Virus record (IMG/VR): IMGVR_UViG_3300035703_000061
Location: 10,486 to 74,485 of that record
Direction: 5' to 3' (one strand)
Source of the DNA: a virus
Length of the DNA stretch: 64,000 nt
Below, piece by piece: positions 35,517-46,090 of this stretch; the stretch's first letter is position 1, and each line of letters begins with the position of its first letter. Made by a program: the position numbers and the translations under genes. Under the pieces are notes generated by a model. It saw nothing but the letters and a program-made list of their open reading frames with translations. It did not search any database and was not told the DNA's origin.

Positions 35517-35911
35517 TGGCAATATTTCCTTCCATTAGACCAACTGGACGATCGTATTCTCCAGGGCAATTTCCCACGAAAGTTTATCGCGGGCTTTCGG
35601 GAGCCACTGTTAAAAGAGTGTTTGGCAATCGGTCATTTGGTCATGCCATTGATCTTCAGTTTGAAAATATTTCCGACGCCAATACAAAAGCCATCCTCGA
35701 TCATTACTATGGCCAATTTGGCAGCTACGTCCGTTTCGCTCTTCCTGACGCAGTATTTTCTGGCATGAGCTCAACGCTAAAAGGCGTTGTGCAGACTCCC
35801 GCAAATATTCTCTGGGAATATGCTGAACCTCCTCAAGTGGAAAGCGTGTTCAATGGACGAAGCACTGTTACAGTGAGGCTGATTGGCGAGCTTGACTATT
35901 CTGGCGCTTGA
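35516..35911 (+). CDS. distal tail/minor tail protein
   Basis: Directly after the tape measure. Confidence 0.65.
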   Translation: MAIFPSIRPTGRSYSPGQFPTKVYRGLSGATVKRVFGNRSFGHAIDLQFENISDANTKAILDHYYGQFGSYVRFALPDAVFSGMSSTLKGVVQTPANILWEYAEPPQVESVFNGRSTVTVRLIGELDYSGA

Positions 35912-35913
35912 TA

Positions 35914-36423
35914 ATGGAAACTTCTATTCACATTGCTCATTTCCTTTTCATCGAAACCGCTAACAAACAGTCGCACTACTATCAAAACTACTTCTTCAAT
36001 ACTGGCACTTCTGCAGTGGCCATTCCAGGCAGTGCATCTCCAGCGTATAGGCATGCTCCATTCCGCGTAGAAGGAGCATTGTCCTCCTTGAATGGAGAAA
36101 ATAGTTTGTTGCGCGTACTGTTTCCGCATAGCGCTTTTACCATTGCGCTCGTTGAAAACGGAGAAGGCAATCGTCTTAGCAAGCTCTCCTTAAAAACAGT
36201 GTGGATGGCAACAACTGGTTCCATCGCCGACTACAACAGCTACACGAAGACTGCTGAGTACGAAGAATTTTATGTGGGCGTTGGCGCTTCCTTTGACGAT
36301 ACCACTGTAGAACTGCGCTTTAGGAGCGCAATGGACAGCGTGGGTGCATCGTTTCCAAGGCAAACATTTTCGTCTAAGAATGTTGGCTTCTTGCCATTGA
36401 ATGCAGAAATTAGCCTGCGATGA
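35914..36423 (+). CDS. minor tail protein
   Basis: Tail tip module position. Confidence 0.6.
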   Translation: METSIHIAHFLFIETANKQSHYYQNYFFNTGTSAVAIPGSASPAYRHAPFRVEGALSSLNGENSLLRVLFPHSAFTIALVENGEGNRLSKLSLKTVWMATTGSIADYNSYTKTAEYEEFYVGVGASFDDTTVELRFRSAMDSVGASFPRQTFSSKNVGFLPLNAEISLR

Positions 36424-36812
36424 TTAATGATTTAATTGGCCTTGCGTACGAACGAAGGGCTCGTTTTTCTGAAGGCGAAGGAAAAACTGATTGCTTTATG
36501 CTTGTTTGCGAAGCAAGGCGTCGCCTTGGTCTTCATGATTATGAAGAGGATTTTCGATGGGCATATGACCAATATGATTCCGGCAATTTACCAATGAAGA
36601 GAATTGTCCGATGGCTATTTAACAATGGCAAAAGGACAAAAGAAAGAGAAGATGGTAATGTGGCCATTATTCTGCCAAAGCCGGGAGGCGAGATGGCAGT
36701 TGGCGTGGCTTATGATGGGGGAATACTTACAGTTTCCCGGGGAGGGCGATCATTCTGGTCGTCATCTTTTCCATCGCTGAAGCTGTTCAAAATGCTGCCT
36801 GATATTAAATAA
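36420..36812 (+). CDS. NlpC/P60-like tail assembly protein (lambda gpK-like)
   Basis: DLIGLAY..TDCFMLV..RRRLG. Confidence 0.7.
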   Translation: MINDLIGLAYERRARFSEGEGKTDCFMLVCEARRRLGLHDYEEDFRWAYDQYDSGNLPMKRIVRWLFNNGKRTKEREDGNVAIILPKPGGEMAVGVAYDGGILTVSRGGRSFWSSSFPSLKLFKMLPDIK

Positions 36813-39800
36813 TGAGACGCCTCCTTCCTTACGAACGCGCTCTAATTGATGCTCTTCAGATTTCCGAAGAAGAATACTGGCAGTTCTATCTGGCACGGTT
36901 AAATTACCGTGACAATAAGGAAGGAACTATTCTTGACGTAAGAAATGGCATAGACCCTGGAACTGTTGCGCTTATTCTTACCATCGTTGGAACATTGGCG
37001 CAAGTTGGTGCAGCGTTGCTTGCTCCCAAGCCAGAGGCCCCTAGTGCAACGATGGGGCGACGCAGCCGCAATCTTTTCTTTGCGCCTCGCTATGGCTTCA
37101 ATTCTTTTCAAGAAGTGGCGCGTTATGGAGACCCAGTTAATCTTGTCTATACAAACAATTCCGAAAATCCTGCTGGCGGCGTAAGGGTTAATACTTCGCT
37201 GGTATGGTCTGCCGTGCATAGTCTTGGCTCTCGCCAGTTCATGCAAATGCTTGCAGTGGTAGGCGCTGGTCCCATTGAAGAATTTGGCTATGGTCGCACG
37301 GCTTTTGGTCAAACGCCATTAAGGGACATTCCCGCTCAACGCTTCTGGCTTTATGCGCAGCCAGATGGCGGACGTCTCGCGTTCATTCACAATAGGTATC
37401 CAGAGCCTCTTAATGCAGACGATCCATCGCGTGAAGGCATCACTCCTACTGATGCAGTGTATAAAACCAACACATCTGGACTGCAAAGGCCAGAAGGCTT
37501 TAGCCAAGCATTCTCTCCTACCACTGCCACTTCATTGGGCGTATATGACGTTGTACCAATCAGAGTGCAAGTGGAGGATCGAAATGACAATGGTGAAGAA
37601 GAGCGCGACCAACTTGGCGTAAATTTAACTGGCAGAGGAAGCTTTTGGCCAGACACATGGCCTGCAGTAGGCGTTCGCCCTGCCCTGCCTGCTAACAGCG
37701 AGCTTACCATCATCTTTAGAGAAGACGATGGAAAGAGCGTTGGCGAAGACGTAGAAAGAGCTGCAGTTGATTTACGCAGTTCATACATTACTGTTTTTGA
37801 TTCCTCTAGCCTGTATAAGCTTGGCGCAGCCAAGCTGAAGATGATTTCTAGCAATATCAACAACGGAAGCGACGTAGAGGGGCGATTCACTTTTAAATGC
37901 GTAGAACCTGGCGTGCTATGCGAAGAAGATTACGGCACGCTTAATTATCAACAAAATGGCGAAGAACTTCGAGCGCGCAAGAAAGAATTAGAGGCGCTTA
38001 TTGCGCAATTAAATTCAGAGTATGGCGTGGCGTTTGGAAATAAAATTAGTGGTGCTGCTGCCGCTCAAATTGATCAATACAGTACAAGGCTGGAGCAATT
38101 AGATGAAAACATCTTAAGAGCTTCTGCTATTAGAAAAGGCGACATATCTTCCAAGGATTTCAGGGATCTTTTGGATGAAACTGGAGCTTTTCAAGAAGCA
38201 AATAGAGACATAAATACATTAGAAGAAGAATTCAAAACATTAAGTGAGCACAAGGAAAATTTACAAGACATTATTAATAATATTCTTGAAATTCGACCTG
38301 CCGATAGAACTGACGCGCAGAAAGATAGATTGCGAACCGCAAAGGCCGAAAAAAGACAGGCAATTATTGATAGAAACGAAAAGCGCAAGCAAATTAATAA
38401 TCTTGTTCGCAGGCTTATGCCTAAAGCAATCCTAGAGGGATTGTTTGTTGATGCACCGAACACAAATTTAAGAGACGAGCTTCGCGCCATGCGCAAGGAG
38501 CGTCGTCAAATTAGGCGCGCCATTGACGAACTTGTAAGAAATCAACGTGATACTGTAGCTGAAGGTGCCGCTCAACAAGATTGGCAGCGTCGATATGACG
38601 AAGCTGCTAGAGAATTGCGAGAAACAGAAGCTGAATTAAAGAATCCAGATAACTGGAACGACTATTTCAACACTAAATGTATTGCCAAGATTGACGAGAT
38701 CAGCTACGAGGCTACTACTAAGTGTGATATTGTCAATTTTTGCTTTAAGAGCAAAATCTTTCAACGCATTCAAGGACGGCAAAGCGTATATGCCGAGACT
38801 GATATGCAGGGGCATAAAGACAGTGATAATGGCGTGCGTAATCGTACGTCCATGTTTTGGATGCTTTACAAAAAGCCAACTGACACACGATACACAAGAG
38901 CAAAATTTGTATTAGCCATTCGTAATGGCAAGGAAGTGGACATCTACACTCACCTTCGCTTTATTGCTGCATCAAAAGAAAAATGGCAGTTTAAATTTGA
39001 GCCCATTGTTGATCTCCCTGCAGAGCTGCGCACTCATAATGATGCGCAGCAAATTAATATGCTTTATCTCCGCACGTTTGGCTATGGATTGAACGATGAA
39101 CAAAATAGCGTGAGTCTTGATGGCGGGCATCAACTGGTTTTTCGCGGCAAAATTCGTCAAACGGTTCGCCTGCGACCTCGATTAAATCGCACGCCAAAAT
39201 TTGTTGATGAATGGGGGCTATTCTCGTTGCGTTCTGACACGCAAATTTCTTTCTCCTTTGATAGTGGCCCTGAGAATTCTTTGGTGGCAGTCACTGAGCA
39301 GCAGCTCGAAAGCTTCTCGCCAAATCTTTACCAAGATCTTGTTTTGCTTGGTCTGAATATCTACAGCGGACAAGGCGTGCAGGATTTGCGCTCTCTTAGC
39401 GCATGGGTGACAAAAGGCAAAAAGGTTCGGAAGCTTTCGGATGGTGGAAGCTATTCATCTAGTCTTGTTTCATCAACAAGCTATGCTCCTGAGATTTTTC
39501 TCGATACCATTCTTGACGAGAAAAATGGAATTGGCGCCTATGCCAATGTCAATGGCATAGACACTGCTCGTCTTGGACTGGCGCAGAAATTCTGTCGAGC
39601 AAATGGCTACTACATGGACGGCGTAATTGCTGAGCCACAATCATGGCGAGAATTCTGGAGCACTGTTGCACCATTTTCTCTTCTTGAATTTGCGCGAATT
39701 GGCGGAAAAGAAACGCTAGTGCCAGCCGTGCCTTATGACACTTTTGGCAATGTCACAAGAAACATCTCCATTTCCGCATTGTTTAATCAAGGAAACATTC

Positions 39801-40498
39801 TTGAGGATAGTTACAAAGAAGAGTTCCTTGATTATGGCGACAATACGCAAGATTTGATTGCGACCATTGTCTATCGCAATACAGAAAACGATAATGTGTT
39901 CCCAGGTAATACAAGCTTGACCATAATGCTGGCTGATGCCTCAGAAAGTAATAGCGTTCGCCAGACGTTTAACTTGTCGGATTTTGTAACGAGAAGAGTG
40001 CAGGCATTGCATTATGGAATGCTACTTTGTCAGCAGCGTAGACTTTCGAGACGAGCCGTGGAATTCAAAACATTTCCCACTGAAAGCCCTATTGAACCTG
40101 GTAGCTACGTCTATGTTCAAACTGATCAGAACCAATGGGACGATTTTCGCAGTGGCATTGTCGAAGCAAATGGCAAGCTCAACACTCCATTAGCAGAAGA
40201 TCCAATTAACGGCTCTTACACAGCGCTTTTATACAGCGGCAGTCCCAATGAAGGAATTGTCAAACTTTCAGTGTCAGTGACAGATAGCCAATCAGCATCG
40301 CTTGCCCCTTACGAGGGATGGCTATTTGTTTTAGGCAATGCAGTGACAACAAAGCGTGTTTTCCGCGTGACAGAAGTGACAATGGAAGAAGAGGGTGAGA
40401 TTACAGTGAGAGCCATTGAGCATCCATGTGAAGAACAAGGAGGGCAAACGAAATCAAAAATTGTGCGTTTTGACCCGTCGCTTTATCGCATTGATTAG
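36812..40498 (+). CDS. tail tip/central host-specificity protein (gpJ-like)
   Basis: 1228 aa; ARYGDPVNLVY, FCRANGYYMDGVI, ALFNQGNI, FRVTEVT. Confidence 0.8.
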   Translation: MRRLLPYERALIDALQISEEEYWQFYLARLNYRDNKEGTILDVRNGIDPGTVALILTIVGTLAQVGAALLAPKPEAPSATMGRRSRNLFFAPRYGFNSFQEVARYGDPVNLVYTNNSENPAGGVRVNTSLVWSAVHSLGSRQFMQMLAVVGAGPIEEFGYGRTAFGQTPLRDIPAQRFWLYAQPDGGRLAFIHNRYPEPLNADDPSREGITPTDAVYKTNTSGLQRPEGFSQAFSPTTATSLGVYDVVPIRVQVEDRNDNGEEERDQLGVNLTGRGSFWPDTWPAVGVRPALPANSELTIIFREDDGKSVGEDVERAAVDLRSSYITVFDSSSLYKLGAAKLKMISSNINNGSDVEGRFTFKCVEPGVLCEEDYGTLNYQQNGEELRARKKELEALIAQLNSEYGVAFGNKISGAAAAQIDQYSTRLEQLDENILRASAIRKGDISSKDFRDLLDETGAFQEANRDINTLEEEFKTLSEHKENLQDIINNILEIRPADRTDAQKDRLRTAKAEKRQAIIDRNEKRKQINNLVRRLMPKAILEGLFVDAPNTNLRDELRAMRKERRQIRRAIDELVRNQRDTVAEGAAQQDWQRRYDEAARELRETEAELKNPDNWNDYFNTKCIAKIDEISYEATTKCDIVNFCFKSKIFQRIQGRQSVYAETDMQGHKDSDNGVRNRTSMFWMLYKKPTDTRYTRAKFVLAIRNGKEVDIYTHLRFIAASKEKWQFKFEPIVDLPAELRTHNDAQQINMLYLRTFGYGLNDEQNSVSLDGGHQLVFRGKIRQTVRLRPRLNRTPKFVDEWGLFSLRSDTQISFSFDSGPENSLVAVTEQQLESFSPNLYQDLVLLGLNIYSGQGVQDLRSLSAWVTKGKKVRKLSDGGSYSSSLVSSTSYAPEIFLDTILDEKNGIGAYANVNGIDTARLGLAQKFCRANGYYMDGVIAEPQSWREFWSTVAPFSLLEFARIGGKETLVPAVPYDTFGNVTRNISISALFNQGNILEDSYKEEFLDYGDNTQDLIATIVYRNTENDNVFPGNTSLTIMLADASESNSVRQTFNLSDFVTRRVQALHYGMLLCQQRRLSRRAVEFKTFPTESPIEPGSYVYVQTDQNQWDDFRSGIVEANGKLNTPLAEDPINGSYTALLYSGSPNEGIVKLSVSVTDSQSASLAPYEGWLFVLGNAVTTKRVFRVTEVTMEEEGEITVRAIEHPCEEQGGQTKSKIVRFDPSLYRID

Positions 40499-40541
40499 TC
40501 ACTTCCAAAAGTGCTAAGATTAAAACAAAAGCTTTAAGACA

Positions 40542-40961
40542 ATGCCTTTCTACACTGGCCGTACTGGCAAGCTGCGTCTTGGTGGCAGCGAAGTATCAAA
40601 GGTGCGTAACTGGACATTGGATACTTCTGTGAACATGCTGGATACCACAGCATTGGGAGATACTGCCAATACATTCACTCCTGGTTTATTTAGCGCCACT
40701 GGTAGCGCCACTTTGTCTTATTACAACGGCGACACAACTGACGTGACCAATCTTCTTGAGAAGATTGCAAAAACTGGTGCAATCACTGATAGTGATGAAG
40801 TGACTCTCACATTTGAAGTGGGGACAAACCAGCTCTTTACGGCCGATGCTTTTATCAATAGTGCAAGCATCACATCGTCCACTGATGAATTGACCAATGT
40901 TTCCTTCAACTTTACCATCAACGGTCCTTTGACTACTGTCACTCTCACTGGCGCCACTTGA
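40542..40961 (+). CDS. tail-tube-like minor tail protein
   Basis: VRNWTLDTSVNMLDTTALGD..GSATLSY..VSFNFTING. Confidence 0.65.
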   Translation: MPFYTGRTGKLRLGGSEVSKVRNWTLDTSVNMLDTTALGDTANTFTPGLFSATGSATLSYYNGDTTDVTNLLEKIAKTGAITDSDEVTLTFEVGTNQLFTADAFINSASITSSTDELTNVSFNFTINGPLTTVTLTGAT

Positions 40962-41010
40962 TAGGACGCAATTATTGTTCGTACAATAGAATAATCAATG
41001 CTGAGGCGAA

Positions 41011-42021
41011 ATGACATTCTTTGTTGGCCATACAGGCGCGATTAAGCTTCAGCGTGGCGGAGAAAATACTTTCACTGCCGTTATTTCGCCGGATGATATT
41101 AACACTACGTTAAATCGCTTCAGTTTTGATGATAGTGATAGGAACATAATTACTGGGGACTTCCTTGAGATTAGCACGGAGGACCCCAGGGGGCTTTTGT
41201 TTATTCCAGCTCTTTTCTGGAGCACTCCAGCTCCAGGCGTTGATGGCTACAGCGAAGCGGTGTGGACCAATAATGCTTCCGCTGGTCTTGCCGGATGGCA
41301 AGATGATGAAATGAGCGTTTCCGCTTCATTGCCACCTGAAGGGTATGACGAATATCGAATGAGCCCTTATCAAGTGCAGGACAATGCACGGGCATATGCT
41401 CATATTAACCAATTAGGCGGCATTCGCCTTTTTGGCAGTTTTGACGACGCCATTAATAATGAAAGGGCAAACGAATATGCGTTAGCTGAATTTTACGGCG
41501 AACCACTTGTTGTTACCATTAATATTCGCGACACAAAATATAACACGCTTGGCTCTGTCACATCGTTTGAAGTGAATACTGATAGAGCTGCGATGGAGAC
41601 AACAAGCTTGTCTGACGCATTTAAGCAGCAGTATTCAGCAGGCTTGCTCAGTGGCAATGGAAGCATCGAATGCCTATTTAATTACGACACCGTCCCTGGA
41701 CAGGATACGCCATTGTTCCTGTTGCAAGTTATTAATAGGATAAATATTGGCAGTGCATTTAAGGCATTACTTTCACTGTCATCAGTGGAGCGATCACCTG
41801 CGTTCCGCGAAGAAGTGTTTTATGAAATAGAAGCAGTTGTCACAAGAGCCGGCGTTACTGTAACGTCCGATGCCTTAGTGGCTTGCTCCATTGATTTTGT
41901 TACCACTGGAGAGTTTAAGCTTCGCATTGGAGTGCCAACAGAGTACATTTTGAAGGAAGATGATGATGCCATCTATCTTGAGCAAAGTCTTGATTACCTA
42001 CTGCAGGAAGTGACTGATTGA
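41011..42021 (+). CDS. virion structural protein with tail-tube-like C-terminal domain
   Basis: VTSFEVNTDRAAMETTSLSD..SIDFVTTG resembles 40542..40961. Confidence 0.65.
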   Translation: MTFFVGHTGAIKLQRGGENTFTAVISPDDINTTLNRFSFDDSDRNIITGDFLEISTEDPRGLLFIPALFWSTPAPGVDGYSEAVWTNNASAGLAGWQDDEMSVSASLPPEGYDEYRMSPYQVQDNARAYAHINQLGGIRLFGSFDDAINNERANEYALAEFYGEPLVVTINIRDTKYNTLGSVTSFEVNTDRAAMETTSLSDAFKQQYSAGLLSGNGSIECLFNYDTVPGQDTPLFLLQVINRINIGSAFKALLSLSSVERSPAFREEVFYEIEAVVTRAGVTVTSDALVACSIDFVTTGEFKLRIGVPTEYILKEDDDAIYLEQSLDYLLQEVTD

Positions 42022-42097
42022 TCAAAGGGATGGGAGCGGTTCATAATAGCTATTATCGTTTAAGACTAGACTGTATTTAGCATTGCCTTTTTGAGAG

Positions 42098-45000
42098 ATG
42101 GCCGATCAAAGAATTACGGAACTCGTCGAACTTCCTCAGGGAGGCGTAGCTTCTAACGACGCACTGCCTATTTCAGACGTTAGCGCCAGTCAAACTAAAA
42201 AGGTGCAAGTAAAGAGCCTGATTCAAGCAGGCTTTAACATTGCAGATGCTTCGACGCTTGATATTTCAAAGATTAACCAAGCCAGCGTTGCAAAACTCAC
42301 TGGCGCATCTATTGCTACAAATACGCTCACTTATGACAAGATTCAACAAGTAGGGGCTAATAAGCTTCTTGGTCGAAGCGCGTCTACTGGCAATGTAGAA
42401 GAAATTGATTGCACTGTCTATATTCGCACGCTTCTTGATGACGCCAATGCCGCTGCTGCTCGTTCCACATTGGAACTTGGCATAGTTGCCACTGGTAATA
42501 CTATTAATACCAGTCTTCTTGAAGACTTAAGCGTTACCACTGGCAAAATCAACAACTTAGCCGTTACGGCGGCAAAACTTGCCAGCGATGCAGTAGAGAC
42601 TACAAAAATTCTTGATGGAGCTGTCACTTCCGCAAAAATTCAAACCAGCGGAATCACGGGCAGTAATGTAAGCGCTGGCGCCATTGACACGGTTCATCTG
42701 GCTACTAGCGGCGTCACGCTTATCAAGATGGCTGCCAATTCAGTTGGCACCATTCAATTAGTCGACAGCGGAATCACCCAGGCAAAGCTTGCTGCTGATG
42801 CAGTGGCAACTATTAATCTTGTTGCCAGTGGTATTACGCAGCCCAAGCTTGCTGCGAATGCAGTTGCAACGATTAATCTTGTAGACAGCGGAGTTACCAC
42901 TGCAAAGCTTGCATCTGGCGCTGTCACTATTTCAAAGCTTGGCCTTGCTTCTGGAGAGCTTTCCGGAACTGTCATCACTGCTAGTTCCATTCCTTCTGGA
43001 AGTTATGCAAGTGGTTCTGTCCTTACTGCATCTGTTGCAGACAATGCCGTCACTTTTTCCAAGATTCAGCAAGTGGCAAGTGGCGTGCTCCTTGGTCGTG
43101 CCTCTGCTGGTAGCGGCAATGTAGAAAGCATTACGCTCACAGAGGCAGGCAGGGCGCTTCTCGATGATGCCGACGCCACGGCACAGCGTGCCACGCTTGG
43201 TTTGGGCACCATGGCAGTGCAGGCAGCTTCTGGCGTGGCAATCACTGGCGGCACGGCGGTGCTCAGTAGTGGCACCATCACTTACGCCACGATCAATGGT
43301 GGCGTCATTAGTGGCATCACTGATCTTGCCATTGCAGACGGTGGTACGGGAGCTTCCACTGCATCTGGAGCACGCACCAATCTTGGCTTGGCGATTGGCA
43401 CTGATGTGCAGGCTTATGATCCTGCTCTTGCTTCCATTGCAGGGCTGACCACTGCATCTGGTCAGTTCATTTATACCACTGCTTCTGACACGTACGCCAT
43501 TGCCACGATCACTGCTGCTGGTCGCGCCATTCTTGATGATGCAGATGCGAGTGCGCAGCGTACCACGCTTGGCCTTGGCTCATTGGCCGTACAAAATACA
43601 GTGGCGAGCGGCAATTACGATACCGGATCTATTGCCACAGCAGACATTGCGAACGGCGCAGTTACTACGGCAAAGCTTGCTGATAGTGGCGTTACCACCA
43701 TCAAAATTGTCGATGCCAATATCACGGCAGACAAACTTGCTAGTAATGCCGTAACCACTGCAAAAATTATTGACAGTGGAGTTACTACTGCGAAGATTGC
43801 TGATGCAGCAGTTTCTTATAGCAAAATTCAAGCTACAAGCGTTAGTGATGTCATTCTTGGTCGCTCGTCTGCTAGCGGAGGTACTGTAGAAGAAATTGCT
43901 TGCACGTCTGCTGCTCGTTCCATTCTTGATGATGCCACTATTTCAGACATTCGTGCAACACTTGGCCTTGGCACATTAGCTATACAGAATGGTAGTTTTT
44001 CTGGCACGTCCACTGGAACAAATACTGGCGACCAGACCATCACGCTTTCTGGCGATGTCACCGGCACTGGCACTGGCGGCTTTGCCGTGACCATTGCCAA
44101 TTCTGCTGTTACCACTGCAAAAATTAACGACTCTGCTATCACTTCTGCAAAAATTGTAGACAGTGGTGTTACGTCTGCAAAGCTTGCTGATAATTCTGCT
44201 GCCATTGTTGCCGGTTCGACGCCGACAGGGGATGGCGATTTTATTGGCCAGCAATGGCTCAATACAAATACAGGCGTTGAATACACTTGGACTGGAAGCA
44301 CTTGGCAGCGTCAAAGTGGACTTGCTACTACCGTTATTTCTGGCGACACTGTTTATACTTTCACCACTTCATATCCCGATCCATTTAGCGCATCCATTGT
44401 TCCTGCCTTAAACACGCAAGTTGCTACGCGCTTCTTTGCTGGTCCAGCAAGTGGTAATGCAGATGCTGCTCCTACATTTCGCGCTATCACTGCCAGTGAT
44501 CTTCCCAAGGCAACCACTGCCGCCCTGGGCGTTGCTCAAGCTGGTACGGGCCTTGTCACTGTTAGTGGCATTTTCAATCACGCCAATAGCGTTGCATCTG
44601 GCACTTATTACAAAGTGACAGTCGATGCGGAGGGACACGTAAGCGCAGGAGAAGTAAGCCTTGTTGCGGACGATATTCCTGCTCTTCCTGCATCGAAAAT
44701 TACCACTGGTACGTTCGGAAGTGGCTTCATTGCAGATGATTCGATTCTTGCTTCTAAGCTCGCAAACTATTCCGTAAGTCAATTTGGCGAAGCTCCACCA
44801 GTTGCTGATTTCATTGGACAATTCTTCTTCAATCCATTGGAGAAAGACCTCTATCTGTGGGATGGTAACGTTTGGAACCCTGTTGGCATTTCGGTGGGGG
44901 AGATTATTTTTGGCGGCACATACAATGCAAGCGGGAATGTTATTGCTAGCACTAGCAGTGATGGCGCAGCGGTTGGCTTAACCGTTGGTCAACCACTTCC

Positions 45001-46018
45001 TGCTCCTTCGTCTACGTTCAATCGTTATTACGTGGTTGTAGCCAGTGGAGGCACTGGCACATCGCCGGCTCCCACCACTGTTCTACAGCCCCCTGATATT
45101 CTGCTTTGCAATGGCACTGCCTGGACAGAGGTGGATGTTAGCTCCACTTATCTTTCTCAAAGTGCCGCACAGGTTTCATTTTCACCTGCAGCTAGCGTTT
45201 CCGCTGGCAATGTACAAGCTGCCATTGAAGAGGTAAGCAATGAATGCAGAAATGTTAATAATGTAGCCAGCGGTATTCTTGCTATTGGTTATGGCGGTAC
45301 CGGCTTTAATTCATACACAAAGGGTGATCTTCTCGTTGGTAGTGGCACCACTCTTATTAAGCAAGCAGTGGGTACTAATGGTCAAGTATTGACGGCTAAT
45401 TCTGCATTTGGTGGCGGTATTCACTGGACGACACCTGCAAGTGGCACAGTCCTTTCAGTGAGTGTTAATGCTCCACTCACTGTTGTTAGCGGATCGACTA
45501 CGCCGGTTATTTCCATTCCTGATGCCACGACAAGCGTGCGTGGCACTGTTCAGCTCACTGATTCCACCAGTACTACTAGCTCTACGCTTGCTGCCACTGC
45601 CACTGCAGTAAAAAGCGCTTACGACTTAGCCAATGCTGCATTGCCACGAGCTGGCGGCACAATCACTGGTGAAGTGGTAATTGGCAGCGTTGGCACATTG
45701 CTATTTGAAGGTTCCACTGATAATGCTTTTGAAATTCAGCTTACTGCCGCTGATGCCACTTCAGACAAAATTGTTACTTTACCAGACACCACTGGCACAA
45801 TTATCACTACTGGCGACACTGGCACTGTTACCAATACGATGCTTGCTGGTAGTATCGCTGACACCAAGCTTTCTACAATTTCCACTGCCGGCAAGGTTAG
45901 CAATAGCGCCACCACTGCTACTAGCGCCAACACCGCTAGTGCAATTGTCGCTCGCGACGCAAGTGGTAATTTCTCCGCCGGCTCTATTGATGCCACCATT
46001 GATGAAGGCACTTTCTAA
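42098..46018 (+). CDS. long tail fibre protein
   Basis: 1306 aa Ser/Thr/Ala/Gly-rich with 10-residue AVTTAKIAD-type repeats; DATTSVRGTVQL, AATATAVKSAYDLA. Confidence 0.85.
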   Translation: MADQRITELVELPQGGVASNDALPISDVSASQTKKVQVKSLIQAGFNIADASTLDISKINQASVAKLTGASIATNTLTYDKIQQVGANKLLGRSASTGNVEEIDCTVYIRTLLDDANAAAARSTLELGIVATGNTINTSLLEDLSVTTGKINNLAVTAAKLASDAVETTKILDGAVTSAKIQTSGITGSNVSAGAIDTVHLATSGVTLIKMAANSVGTIQLVDSGITQAKLAADAVATINLVASGITQPKLAANAVATINLVDSGVTTAKLASGAVTISKLGLASGELSGTVITASSIPSGSYASGSVLTASVADNAVTFSKIQQVASGVLLGRASAGSGNVESITLTEAGRALLDDADATAQRATLGLGTMAVQAASGVAITGGTAVLSSGTITYATINGGVISGITDLAIADGGTGASTASGARTNLGLAIGTDVQAYDPALASIAGLTTASGQFIYTTASDTYAIATITAAGRAILDDADASAQRTTLGLGSLAVQNTVASGNYDTGSIATADIANGAVTTAKLADSGVTTIKIVDANITADKLASNAVTTAKIIDSGVTTAKIADAAVSYSKIQATSVSDVILGRSSASGGTVEEIACTSAARSILDDATISDIRATLGLGTLAIQNGSFSGTSTGTNTGDQTITLSGDVTGTGTGGFAVTIANSAVTTAKINDSAITSAKIVDSGVTSAKLADNSAAIVAGSTPTGDGDFIGQQWLNTNTGVEYTWTGSTWQRQSGLATTVISGDTVYTFTTSYPDPFSASIVPALNTQVATRFFAGPASGNADAAPTFRAITASDLPKATTAALGVAQAGTGLVTVSGIFNHANSVASGTYYKVTVDAEGHVSAGEVSLVADDIPALPASKITTGTFGSGFIADDSILASKLANYSVSQFGEAPPVADFIGQFFFNPLEKDLYLWDGNVWNPVGISVGEIIFGGTYNASGNVIASTSSDGAAVGLTVGQPLPAPSSTFNRYYVVVASGGTGTSPAPTTVLQPPDILLCNGTAWTEVDVSSTYLSQSAAQVSFSPAASVSAGNVQAAIEEVSNECRNVNNVASGILAIGYGGTGFNSYTKGDLLVGSGTTLIKQAVGTNGQVLTANSAFGGGIHWTTPASGTVLSVSVNAPLTVVSGSTTPVISIPDATTSVRGTVQLTDSTSTTSSTLAATATAVKSAYDLANAALPRAGGTITGEVVIGSVGTLLFEGSTDNAFEIQLTAADATSDKIVTLPDTTGTIITTGDTGTVTNTMLAGSIADTKLSTISTAGKVSNSATTATSANTASAIVARDASGNFSAGSIDATIDEGTF

Positions 46019-46090
46019 TCATTAAAAAGAAAAGCCTTTTAGAATTGCGAAAGACTAATTAGTCTTCTGCAATTCCGAAAGGCTTTAATT

